Positions 10,478-22,769 of a DNA stretch of 64,000 nucleotides are shown here, one piece after another; position 1 is the stretch's first letter; every line of letters begins with the position of its first letter. The DNA is taken from the NCBI GenBank assembly GCA_023819145.1, contig JAMWCW010000007.1, positions 16,876 through 80,875 on the forward strand, in the 5' to 3' direction. This DNA comes from Candidatus Omnitrophota bacterium. GTDB taxonomy: Bacteria > Omnitrophota > Gorgyraeia > DTHP01. The notes below the pieces were generated by a model. It had not been told where the DNA came from. It saw only the letters and a list, made by a program, of their open reading frames with translations, and searched no databases. Position numbers and translations under genes: made by a program.

Positions 10478-10915
10478 TCACTGTCCCAGTAATTTCTCCG
10501 CTGTCTCCTCGAAATAAGGACGAGAATTTTCGTAAAATTCCTTCCATAAATTCTTACTCCAAATTTCTATACGGTTAGAAACGCCGATAATTACAATATC
10601 CTTTCTCAATTCGGCAAAATCTTTTAAATACTGAGGAATAAGTATCCTTCCTTGTGAATCAGGTATTATTTCTTGAGCTCCAGAGAAATATAACCGATTA
10701 AATCTTCTTGCTTCTTGGTGAGTAAAAGAAAGTGTCTTAAAATTTTCTTCCTGCGTTCTCCATTCTTCTTCAGTAAAGAGAAATAAACACTTATCTAAAC
10801 CCCTCGTGAGATAAAATTTCTTTATCCCTTTATCTTTTACTATCTGACGAAATTTCGCGGGTAAGATTATTCTTCCTTTACGGTCAATAATATGGGTAAA
10901 CTCACCGTAAAACAT
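10478..10915 (-). CDS. mraZ: division/cell wall cluster transcriptional repressor MraZ
   Basis: 145 aa starting MFYGEFTHIIDRKGRIILPAKFR (MraZ signature). First gene of the dcw cluster. Confidence 0.93.
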   Translation of the reverse strand: MFYGEFTHIIDRKGRIILPAKFRQIVKDKGIKKFYLTRGLDKCLFLFTEEEWRTQEENFKTLSFTHQEARRFNRLYFSGAQEIIPDSQGRILIPQYLKDFAELRKDIVIIGVSNRIEIWSKNLWKEFYENSRPYFEETAEKLLGQ

Positions 10916-10975
10916 AAATTTAATCTCCTTAATATATATAGAAAAAATACTGTTTATATTAAATAAGCCAAATTT

Positions 10976-11041
10976 AATCCACTTTACTCCACTTTAAACC
11001 ACTATATGTGAAAAGTATACCACTATTTATATACTTGTCAA
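10976..11041 (-). promoter_or_regulatory. Pmra promoter (TTGACA-N17-ATACTT) with MraZ-box array (three GTGG direct repeats at 10-bp spacing)
   Basis: Minus strand reads TTGACA (rc of 11036-11041), a 17-nt spacer, then ATACTT (rc of 11013-11018). GTGG repeats lie at plus 10979-82, 10989-92 and 10999-11002 (CCAC on plus), exactly 10 bp apart. A fourth lies at 11020-23 inside the promoter spacer. Confidence 0.55.
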
Positions 11042-11077
11042 GAAAAAAATAAATATTTTTATATCTTTAAAGGAAGT

Positions 11078-12016
11078 CTACTGGGAGGAATGCTGAGAGA
11101 AGAAAGAACGGGCAAACGATTCGTCTTCTTTCATAGCTAAAACAAGAGAAGAAATTTTATCAAATTGTCTCTCTGCTCTTACTCTTTTTATAAACTCAAC
11201 TTCTAAGAATTTACCATAAAGATTATTCTTAAAATCAAGTAAATATACTTCTACACTAAGTTCACTAACTTTGGAAAAAGTTGGCCGGTGTCCTATATAA
11301 AGAAGACCAGGATAAATATCTTTTTTAAAATAAACTTTTACTAAATAAACGCCAGAGGGAGGAAGTGCCTCGTGTTTTATATCCAAATTTGCAGTAGGAA
11401 AACCCAATCTCTTTCCCCTTCCCTCCCCTTTCACAACTTTTCCATAGATAGAGAAAGGACGGCCTAAAAGACGAGAAACTAAATCGAGATTGCCCAAATT
11501 TAATTCTTTTCTTATCCAACTGCTACTAATTATTCTTTTCCTATATTTAACCGGCCGAACCACAGTCAGGCGAAAATGGAATTCTTTACTTAATCTTTTG
11601 AGTAATCTAATACCTCCTTCTTGTCCATATCCAAAACGAAAATTATTCCCTACATATAATATCTTAATCCCTAATCCAGCACATAAAATATTTTTTACAA
11701 AAAGATGAGGAAAAAGAAGAGAAAAATTCCTATCAAAAGGAATGACTAAACAATAATTTATCCCTAAATTTCTCATCATTAAGAGGCGGTGTTCTAAAGA
11801 AATTAAAAGAGGAAGAGCAGTATTTTTTTTCGTTATCCTTGAGGGATGGGGATGGAAAGTAATTGCTAAAGAAGGAACTTTCTTTATCTTAGCTTCATTT
11901 ATAACTTTATAAAAAACTGCTAAATGTCCGCGATGTATTCCATCAAATATTCCAATAGTAGCAACGGTTCCTTTTGGTATTTTATCTAAATTGTTTAGAG
12001 CTCGAATAACTTTCAC
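11078..12016 (-). CDS. ribF: bifunctional riboflavin kinase / FMN adenylyltransferase RibF
   Basis: 312 aa. N-terminal nucleotidyltransferase motif GIFDGIHRGHL and a C-terminal riboflavin kinase domain. Confidence 0.9.
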   Translation of the reverse strand: MKVIRALNNLDKIPKGTVATIGIFDGIHRGHLAVFYKVINEAKIKKVPSLAITFHPHPSRITKKNTALPLLISLEHRLLMMRNLGINYCLVIPFDRNFSLLFPHLFVKNILCAGLGIKILYVGNNFRFGYGQEGGIRLLKRLSKEFHFRLTVVRPVKYRKRIISSSWIRKELNLGNLDLVSRLLGRPFSIYGKVVKGEGRGKRLGFPTANLDIKHEALPPSGVYLVKVYFKKDIYPGLLYIGHRPTFSKVSELSVEVYLLDFKNNLYGKFLEVEFIKRVRAERQFDKISSLVLAMKEDESFARSFFSQHSSQ

Positions 12017-12710
12017 TTGTTATACTCTCTAAAGGAATAAAAATTTTAGCTAACGAATCAATCTGTCTAAGGACATCGATACTAACTGCGTTAGCTAAGG
12101 AAAAATTACCACAACGCACGCGTCTAAGAGAATAGAGATAAAGAGGCAAGTTTAAACGCCTCATAATTTCTTCACAAAGACTTCTGATATAGGTTCCCTT
12201 TGAGCAGGAAATATGAAAATCAACAAAAGGAGGAGAAAAATTCACTAGTTTTAAAAAATAGATCTTTGCCAAACGCGGTTTACGGAACACAAGCTTACCT
12301 TCTCTTGCCAATTCATAGAGCCGTTTTCCTCTATAGTGCAAGGCAGAAAACATAGGGGGGGTTAAAGAAATATCACCGGTAAGCGAATGAAAGACCCTCT
12401 CTATATCCTCTACATCCAAATTAGTAACTTTATCTTCGTCTTTTTCTTCAAAAATTATCCTTCCATCTCCATCTCCGGTATCGGTAAACTTTCCAAGATA
12501 GAAACTTCCTTTATATTCCTTATCCATCTCTACAATATACGTAAATAATTTAGTAGCTTTACCCAACAAAACCACTAATACTCCGGTAGCCTCCGGATCG
12601 AGGGTTCCTCCATGTCCTACTTTCTTGAGTTTAAATCTCTTCCGAATAAAATCCACCACATCGTGAGAAGTAAATCCTTTGGGTTTATCTACAATAAGCA
12701 CCCCATTCAT
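11982..12710 (-). CDS. truB: tRNA pseudouridine(55) synthase TruB
   Basis: 242 aa starting GVLIVDKPKGFTSHDVV (TruB catalytic Asp motif). Classic truB-ribF adjacency. Confidence 0.9.
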   Translation of the reverse strand: MNGVLIVDKPKGFTSHDVVDFIRKRFKLKKVGHGGTLDPEATGVLVVLLGKATKLFTYIVEMDKEYKGSFYLGKFTDTGDGDGRIIFEEKDEDKVTNLDVEDIERVFHSLTGDISLTPPMFSALHYRGKRLYELAREGKLVFRKPRLAKIYFLKLVNFSPPFVDFHISCSKGTYIRSLCEEIMRRLNLPLYLYSLRRVRCGNFSLANAVSIDVLRQIDSLAKIFIPLESITSESYSSSKQFR

Positions 12711-12711
12711 C

Positions 12712-13671
12712 TTAAACCTCTTTAATTATCCGATGGAGAACCATATTTTCTATATCTTTTAATCGGCCTTCTAACATACAACCACTAGCAGCAAAGTGTC
12801 CCCCTCCTCCAAAAAGACGAGCTAATTTACCAACATCTAAATCGCGACGTGAACGGAAACCAATCTTTACTCTATTTTTTTCTACCTCCTGAAATAAAAT
12901 TGCTAATTTTATACCTTTTATTGAACGTAGCATCTCGATGAAACCCTCAGTATCTTTTAAATCAGCACCTGTATCCCTCAGCATTTTCTGAGAAACGGAC
13001 ATCCAAACAATTCCCTTCTCTTTATTTACTTTGATGTTCCGAAGGGACAATCCTAATAATTTCATTCGTGCAAGAGAGTACATTCCATAAATATTTTCAA
13101 AAACCAAAGACGCATCAAAATCATATTCAAGCAGACGAGAAACTATCCGATGTGTCTTGACTGTAGTATTCTGATTACGAAATCCCCCTGTATCGGTTAT
13201 AATGGCGGCATATAGACATATTGCCGCATCTTTATTCAAAGAAATGGCAAGTTTCCTAAACAATCCATATATCAATTCACCAACCGCAGAAGCCGTGGGA
13301 TCTACCCAGTTAACTTTTCCAAAATAAATGTTATCAGGATGATGATCAATATTTATAATTATTTTTTTGGAGTTGATAAATTTCTTAACTTTACCTATCC
13401 TCTCAAGATCTGAACAGTCTAGTACTATGGCAGTATCAAATTTTTTATTTTTCCTTTTATCCAAATAATGAATTAGTGGCAAAAATCTATAGGCGGCTGG
13501 TAAAACACTGGCATTATAGATAAAAAACTTTTTACCCATTTTCTCCAGAATATATGCCAAAGAAAGTTCGCTTCCCAAAGCATCGCCTTCAAGATTTACA
13601 TGGGAGGTAATTAAAAAGACTTTTCCCTTCTTTATATATTTAACAACACTATTTAGCGCATCTAATTTCAT
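12712..13671 (-). CDS. nrnA: DHH/DHHA1 family phosphoesterase (NrnA-like bifunctional oligoribonuclease/pAp phosphatase)
   Basis: 319 aa. DHH motif (INIDHHPDN) and GGGH of DHHA1. Sits in the conserved rbfA-DHH-truB arrangement. Confidence 0.8.
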   Translation of the reverse strand: MKLDALNSVVKYIKKGKVFLITSHVNLEGDALGSELSLAYILEKMGKKFFIYNASVLPAAYRFLPLIHYLDKRKNKKFDTAIVLDCSDLERIGKVKKFINSKKIIINIDHHPDNIYFGKVNWVDPTASAVGELIYGLFRKLAISLNKDAAICLYAAIITDTGGFRNQNTTVKTHRIVSRLLEYDFDASLVFENIYGMYSLARMKLLGLSLRNIKVNKEKGIVWMSVSQKMLRDTGADLKDTEGFIEMLRSIKGIKLAILFQEVEKNRVKIGFRSRRDLDVGKLARLFGGGGHFAASGCMLEGRLKDIENMVLHRIIKEV

Positions 13672-14012
13672 CTCTCTTCCTTGATTTTGTCCAAAATATC
13701 CTGAATATGCATACTGTATTCTGCAGAAGAATCAAACAGAAACTTAATTTCAGGAACAAACCTTAGCCTTATTCTCTGTCCAATTAATCCACGAATGAAA
13801 CCTTCACTGCTCTTCAACGCTTTGGTTGTTTCTTCTTTTTCCTTTTCTGTACCGAGAATACTGTAGTATATTTTTACAAAACGAAGATCATCCGTTATCT
13901 CTACATGAGTAATGGTAATAAAACCGATACGTGGGTCATGCAATTCTTCGTATATTATTTTAGAAACTTCCTTTTTGAAAACCTGAGCTACTTTCTGTGC
14001 ACGTTGTCTCAT
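13668..14012 (-). CDS. rbfA: ribosome-binding factor A
   Basis: 114 aa with an RbfA-like KH-fold sequence. Confidence 0.85.
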   Translation of the reverse strand: MRQRAQKVAQVFKKEVSKIIYEELHDPRIGFITITHVEITDDLRFVKIYYSILGTEKEKEETTKALKSSEGFIRGLIGQRIRLRFVPEIKFLFDSSAEYSMHIQDILDKIKEER

Positions 14013-14014
14013 CT

Positions 14015-14296
14015 TTAAATAAACTCCAGGTGGTAGTCATTGACTTCTATTCCAGAAATATGATGAACAAATTCTAATATTTTACAAAGTAGACTGTTTA
14101 AGCACCTCTTATCAGAATTCACAGAAACTATACAGAGGCGGGAAATCTGCCAGTTATCTTGGGCTCCAATCTCTGAAACCGCTACATTAAAATTATTTCT
14201 TACTCTATCCTTTAAACTTTTTAACACCATCCTTTTGTCTTTCAGAGAATGACTTGCATCTATCTTTATGGATATTTCTAATATCCCAATAGTCAT
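14015..14296 (-). CDS. DUF503 (YlxP-like) family protein
   Basis: 93 aa, GILEISIKIDASHSLKDKRMVLKSLKDRVRNNFNVAVSEIGAQDNWQ matches the DUF503 pattern. Typically encoded just upstream of rbfA. Confidence 0.7.
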   Translation of the reverse strand: MTIGILEISIKIDASHSLKDKRMVLKSLKDRVRNNFNVAVSEIGAQDNWQISRLCIVSVNSDKRCLNSLLCKILEFVHHISGIEVNDYHLEFI

Positions 14297-15552
14297 CGCC
14301 GAAAAGTAAAATTATTCCTAATAAAAGCTTCCTCTTCCTTTGCTGTAGAAACAATTCCATCGAGTTTAGCCAGAAATAAGGCCTCTAATATCTTGTTGAA
14401 AATTGGACCTGGAGAAAATCCCATTTCTTTTAGTGTTTCTCCATCTGTATGGATCTTAACTTCGTAAAATTTAATAAGAAAGTTAAAGAGTTTTTTCTTC
14501 AAAAATGAATTTTTTGTTCCGATGATGAGATAAATTATACTCTCTGGTATGATGGGTTTCAATAAATTAAATAATTCACTATATTTAGAAACTAACAATT
14601 TTTCTCTTTTTATTCCCCGCAATTTAAAAGTATGTAAAACCGCAAAGCGTTTATGCCTATCCAATTCATATTGCATACATAACCTCTGCAGTTCACTCTT
14701 ATCAAGTGCATCGGTAATAAAAATAAAGTAGACAAGCCAACTTTCTAAATGTTGGGAAGTCTTACTCTCAAATCTTCTTATCCAGAGGGGTAACTGTAGA
14801 AAATACTTATTCCATTCTTCTTTAAACTTAATATCGGGATGGATTATTTTTAAACCACAGAGTTTCTGTATCTTTTTAATACCCTTAAAAGGTTGCTTCT
14901 CCTGAAGTAATCTAATTATTTCATTACCAATGCGCACGGAACTTATCTTAGAAAATACTCCTCTGGAAACTGCCTCTCTTAGCCATTTGAGAGTATCTTT
15001 CGCTATCGAAAAGTCAAATCTGCTTGCAAAACGTATAGCACGAATAATTCTTGTCGGGTCATCTAAAAAACTTCTTTTATGTATCACGCGGATTCTTTTG
15101 TTTTCTAAATCCTCTAAGCCTTTAAAAGGGTCAATTAAATCAGAAAATCCTTCTCCATTAATTTTAAGTGCCATGGCGTTAATTGTAAAATCTCTACGAA
15201 AGAGGTCTTTCTTTATAGAAGAAACTATCTTTATTTGGGGAAGACTCCCTACAGAAGGATAATACTCTTCTCTCATAGTGGCTATATCAATGTGTAAATC
15301 CCTCAGAAATAATTTAGCGGTTTTAAATTTTTCTTGGTAAACATAGTTTGCTGAGAATCTCTTCGCTAAATGAGGAATTGCTATCCTTACATCTTTATCA
15401 AGAACAATGTCCAAATCAATGTTAGACTCTCCCAGAAACAAATCTCTTACCGGTCCTCCTACTAAATATGCATTTATCTTCAATCTTTTACATTCTCTTC
15501 CGATAATTTCTATTAACTGTGTTAACTTAGGATTTATTTTCAATTTAACCAT
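14293..15552 (-). CDS. cca: tRNA nucleotidyltransferase (CCA-adding enzyme) / poly(A) polymerase family protein
   Basis: 419 aa. Pol-beta-type head motif GGPVRDLFLGESNIDLDIV. Confidence 0.8.
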   Translation of the reverse strand: MVKLKINPKLTQLIEIIGRECKRLKINAYLVGGPVRDLFLGESNIDLDIVLDKDVRIAIPHLAKRFSANYVYQEKFKTAKLFLRDLHIDIATMREEYYPSVGSLPQIKIVSSIKKDLFRRDFTINAMALKINGEGFSDLIDPFKGLEDLENKRIRVIHKRSFLDDPTRIIRAIRFASRFDFSIAKDTLKWLREAVSRGVFSKISSVRIGNEIIRLLQEKQPFKGIKKIQKLCGLKIIHPDIKFKEEWNKYFLQLPLWIRRFESKTSQHLESWLVYFIFITDALDKSELQRLCMQYELDRHKRFAVLHTFKLRGIKREKLLVSKYSELFNLLKPIIPESIIYLIIGTKNSFLKKKLFNFLIKFYEVKIHTDGETLKEMGFSPGPIFNKILEALFLAKLDGIVSTAKEEEAFIRNNFTFRR

Positions 15553-15592
15553 TTAACCATTTAGCAACTTTTGGTAATCTAACAGTCTTCAA

Positions 15593-16480
15593 TCAAGGCC
15601 TGGGATGAAACATTTTGTGTATCGACTTGAGCCTTTCTTTATTTACATGAGTATAAATCTGAGTAGTAGAGATATTTGCATGGCCTAACATCTCTTGAAC
15701 CACCCTCAAATCTGCACCGCGTTCTAAAAGATGTGTTGCGAAAGAATGTCTTAGAGTATGTGGACCAACCTTCTTCTTAATTCCTGCCCGTAGAACATAT
15801 TTTTTAATCATTTTCCATATGCTCTGCCGAGAAATCTTCTTACCCAGGTGAGATAAAAAGAGAAACGGCTCACTATTTTTCTTAATCATCTTTGGCCTTA
15901 TCTCTAACAGATAATTTCTTAAATACCTTATTGCAGTCTTTCCCACAGGAACAATTCTTTCTTTCTCACCTTTACCTTTACAACGCACAAAACCTCCTTC
16001 TAGATTAATATCGCTAATCCTCAAATCGGCTACTTCAGAAACCCGCATTCCTGTGGCATAGAGAAGTTCAAGACATGTTTTATCTCTGAAACCTATAGGA
16101 GTATTTGTGCGAACAGAGTTTAGAACTTTTTCTACCTCAGCAACAGAAAGACTTTCCGGAAGCCTTTTCCACAACCGCGGCGTCTCTAAAACCGCAGTAG
16201 GGTCATCTCTTATAATTCCCTCTTGGGCAAGAAATCTAAAAAACATTTTTAACGCTACTAACTCCCGCGCTATCGAAGAAGGATTTATTCCTTTTTCTCT
16301 TCTCTTAAATAAGAAATTGTCTATATCTCTGCGAGAAACCTTATCCCAAGAAATGATGCCTCCATCAGAAAGATATTTTTTAAATATTTTAAGATCTCTT
16401 CTATAAGAAGCTATTGTGTTATCTGCTAAACTTCTTTCCACATTGAGATAATTCAAAAACTGTTCAATCCATTCTTCCAT
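15593..16480 (-). CDS. xerD: site-specific tyrosine recombinase XerD/XerC
   Basis: 295 aa. C-terminal HTLRHSFATHLLERGADLRVVQEMLGHANISTTQIYTHV (R-H-R-Y catalytic box). Confidence 0.85.
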   Translation of the reverse strand: MEEWIEQFLNYLNVERSLADNTIASYRRDLKIFKKYLSDGGIISWDKVSRRDIDNFLFKRREKGINPSSIARELVALKMFFRFLAQEGIIRDDPTAVLETPRLWKRLPESLSVAEVEKVLNSVRTNTPIGFRDKTCLELLYATGMRVSEVADLRISDINLEGGFVRCKGKGEKERIVPVGKTAIRYLRNYLLEIRPKMIKKNSEPFLFLSHLGKKISRQSIWKMIKKYVLRAGIKKKVGPHTLRHSFATHLLERGADLRVVQEMLGHANISTTQIYTHVNKERLKSIHKMFHPRP

Positions 16481-17071
16481 ATCTTAGAAGAGAAATTTTT
16501 CTCTGCCCCAATAGTAGAAGTTGGACCATGGCCAGGAAAAATTTTAATTTCCGCATCCAAGGTAAATATTTTTTCCTTAATAGACTTGAGTAATTTGTCC
16601 TCTGATGAATGTGGAAAATCTGTACGACCTATCCCTTGAAAAAAAATGGTATCTCCCGTAAAAAGATGGTTGTCAAATTTTAGACAAATACTCCCCGGCG
16701 TATGCCCTGGCGTATGAATTGTTTCAAAACTTAGACCAGAAAAATCAAACATTTCTCCACCTTCCAGAATTTTTTCTGCCTTCCGCGAAGAGTAAGGAAA
16801 ACCAAAGCACATGGATAGATTCAACTCAGGATTGTAAAGAAACTCTTCATCGGCTTCGTGGACCATTATGGGAATATCAAATTCATTGTTCGCTCCGATA
16901 TGGTCAATATGTCCATGGGTATTGATAATAAAAAGACATTTTAGTTTTTTCCTATCAATAATTATTTTAATTTTAGATGCATCTCCGCCGGGATCTATGA
17001 TTAAAGCCTGTAGGCTAACCTCATTGTATACAATATAACAATTAGCCTCCAATTCTCCGACAACAATTCTT

Positions 17072-17082
<11 letters not shown>
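16453..17082 (-). CDS. MBL-fold metallo-hydrolase (hydroxyacylglutathione hydrolase-like)
   Basis: 209 aa. THGHIDH metal-binding motif. Confidence 0.8.
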
Positions 17083-20305
<3,223 letters not shown>

Positions 20306-20341
20306 CTTTCAATTAAACTTCAAGCTCTAAACTATCACTTT

Positions 20342-20620
20342 TTAATAAAATCTTATTTCAAAATCCCTATATTCGTCTATTGAGTCGAGCCATTTTAATT
20401 CTACATTTTTTATATATTTATCGAAATAGTTCTTTAACTTATCTAAGAAATTCCTTAACTTTCCTTCCTCACCTTCTACTTCCAGTTCTACCCGTCCATC
20501 ATTCAAATTCCTTACCCAGCCAACGAGTCCCAGCTCTAAAGCAAAACTTTCTGCAGTAAAACGGAAACCTACCCCCTGAACCTTTCCTGAATAAAACACA
20601 TGAATCCTTTTCTTTGCCAT
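20342..20620 (-). CDS. acyP: acylphosphatase
   Basis: 92 aa. VQGVGFR signature and GWVRNLNDGRVE. Confidence 0.85.
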   Translation of the reverse strand: MAKKRIHVFYSGKVQGVGFRFTAESFALELGLVGWVRNLNDGRVELEVEGEEGKLRNFLDKLKNYFDKYIKNVELKWLDSIDEYRDFEIRFY

Positions 20621-20977
20621 AATTTCTTATTTATCACCCCCTTAGAAAGCTATTTTTATTATAACTAAATTGAATTTCCGGTCAACTTAAAAGTATTAAA
20701 ATTATATAGATAAGATAAATAAAAAGGAGGTAAATGGTGACTCATTAAGAATATTTATAAAATAAAAAATAACTCCGTAAAAGTATATATTCAACCTTCT
20801 CCTAACTCTGTAACTTTAAGATTCCTATAATTACCAAAAAAATCGGCAATTCGTAAACCCTAGATTTGCCAGTGTGGATAATAAAACCGCACCTCAATTT
20901 TTACAATATTCTTTTAGCCTTACAAGAGATGCAAAATTTTCGGCGATTTTTCCAACATGGATTTCTGTGGTGGCAGA

Positions 20978-22735
20978 TCAATTCCCTAAAAGCGCTTTTT
21001 CTACTTTGGGATATAATTTATCAATTCCTTTTTGCAATTCTATAGTATGTGATAATGCAGCAATAACTTTAAGAAAATGGGCAATATCATCATCGCTTAA
21101 AACTCTATCTTCTCTTTCTTTGAGCCATTTATCCAAGACCTGATAGCCGCCAATATAATAATTCCAGACCTCTTTAGCGACGCCAGAAAAATATTGCTTA
21201 TCGTTAATATATATCCTTTCTTCTTTTTCTTTGTATTCTCTCTTTTCAACTTTGCAGCCGTCTTTCGCTGGAAATTTTGCGATTGATTTATCCAATTTCT
21301 TGGACTTGAGCAAATGCAATTCTACTAACTCTTTGCCCAGGCCTGCCATTTCCTTAAAAACTTCAACATCTTTGGTAAAAGGAATGCGCGGAAAATCTGT
21401 CTTTAAAAATTCCGCATATTTTGCGCGGTAAGTGTTTGCGTAAAGAATAGCGTAAATATAATAGAAGATTTCTTCTGGCTTTGGCTCCTTTTTAAAAGCG
21501 TCGCATAAAATTTTTAATAATTCTTTGCTAAGGTTCGGGCTCTTTATTTCACCGGCAATAGCAAATAAATCCTTTTTGTCGCTATCAGGATAAAGATAAA
21601 GAGGGAATAAATAACCACTTCCATATTTTCCAGCTGTACCGGTAGAATTAAGGTCGGCAATCTGATCTGTAACTAAAGCGTGTCTAAACCCGCCCTGCGC
21701 TTGCCTGGAAGTTAACAATCCTAAATTCTCTTGCATCATATGCCGCATCACTTCTTTTCTTGAGCGCTCAATTACCGCGTCATGATAGAACAAATAACGG
21801 ATATCAAAGGGACGGTAGAGGCATTTAACTATATTTTTATCCAGATCCTCAATCCTTCTAATTTCTTCCCGCGCTTTTGCGATTTTCCATCTGGGGTTTT
21901 CCTTTATATTGTAGGTAGCTTTTAGCAAATCATCGCTTAAGCCCTTTCCTCTTAATGCCTCTATGCGTTGACGTAAGTTTCGCTTTTCGAAATCAAATAC
22001 CAAATTATCCCGGGAGGTAACAATCCCCACGCTGTTTACTGCAAAAATGTCGGTTATTTTCCAGAAAGACAGGTATTGCTTTTCCTGCTTTTCGCTGCGC
22101 GGCACAAAGAAATACATCTCAGGTTTTGGCGCTAAGGTCCTCCATTTTGTTGATGCCGCATCGTTATCTTCCAGCCACTGGTATTTCTTCTCTCTTACTC
22201 CCCACAAATCCGCATAATAAACCTTATTGCCCCTGGCGCCTGATTCTTTGATAAAGATGGCGATTGCCACTCCCTGCTGTATATCAAAAACATTCTCGTC
22301 TTTTGAGCCGTCAGGGCATTTTTCTTTCTTCAAGCTGTTGCCATGTAAATCCAGGATATAAATCTCATTAAAGGTCTTTATTAATGACTGCCGCATTCCT
22401 CTAAAGGTAGGGTTATCTAAATAACTGTGGTTGGTAATAAAAGCCAGAATCCCCTGCCCTGCTTTTTCAATTTTCCACTGCCCAAAGCGGATAAATTTAA
22501 CATAATCATCTTGCAGCCATTTAGGATTTCTTTCCCTTAAGGGTTTGCCGTCTACTTTCTTATAATCCTCAATTAAATTGGTAATCCAATCTCCGATATT
22601 TTTGGAGTGTCCCGAATAAGGAGGATTTCCCATAATTACTAAAATCGGTACCTCGCCTTTTATTTTTTTTGCCTCAATTGCCTCCTCAGATAATGCGGCA
22701 ACATAAGGCTCAACTGCCTGAGTTATTTCGCGCAA
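20978..22735 (-). CDS. MmeI-like Type IIL restriction-modification enzyme, C-terminal fragment (N6-adenine MTase motif IV NPPY plus target-recognition domain). Frame continues upstream to 22792.
   Basis: MGNPPYSGHS (motif IV). C-terminal YIGGYQVLDKWLKEREDRVLSDDDIAHFLKVIAALSHTIELQKGIDKLY, typical of the MmeI/YeeA-family TRD end. The ORF-track start is a TTG. The same frame is open upstream to a stop at 22793-95. Confidence 0.75.
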   Translation of the reverse strand: MREITQAVEPYVAALSEEAIEAKKIKGEVPILVIMGNPPYSGHSKNIGDWITNLIEDYKKVDGKPLRERNPKWLQDDYVKFIRFGQWKIEKAGQGILAFITNHSYLDNPTFRGMRQSLIKTFNEIYILDLHGNSLKKEKCPDGSKDENVFDIQQGVAIAIFIKESGARGNKVYYADLWGVREKKYQWLEDNDAASTKWRTLAPKPEMYFFVPRSEKQEKQYLSFWKITDIFAVNSVGIVTSRDNLVFDFEKRNLRQRIEALRGKGLSDDLLKATYNIKENPRWKIAKAREEIRRIEDLDKNIVKCLYRPFDIRYLFYHDAVIERSRKEVMRHMMQENLGLLTSRQAQGGFRHALVTDQIADLNSTGTAGKYGSGYLFPLYLYPDSDKKDLFAIAGEIKSPNLSKELLKILCDAFKKEPKPEEIFYYIYAILYANTYRAKYAEFLKTDFPRIPFTKDVEVFKEMAGLGKELVELHLLKSKKLDKSIAKFPAKDGCKVEKREYKEKEERIYINDKQYFSGVAKEVWNYYIGGYQVLDKWLKEREDRVLSDDDIAHFLKVIAALSHTIELQKGIDKLYPKVEKALLGN

Positions 22736-22769
22736 ATCGAGGGTATTGGTTAGATAAAGTGAAAAACGG

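Noticed and set aside
15593-16480. XerD as a possible integrase of a mobile element
   Set aside because: Housekeeping-type Xer recombinase embedded in a conserved operon. No flanking repeats or cargo. It is also 4 kb from the RM insert and separated from it by core genes.
20721-20748. Strong SD (AAAAAGGAGGT) followed by ATG on the plus strand
   Set aside because: The ORF is only four codons (MVTH*). No downstream coding potential on that strand. Probably fortuitous in AT-rich spacer.
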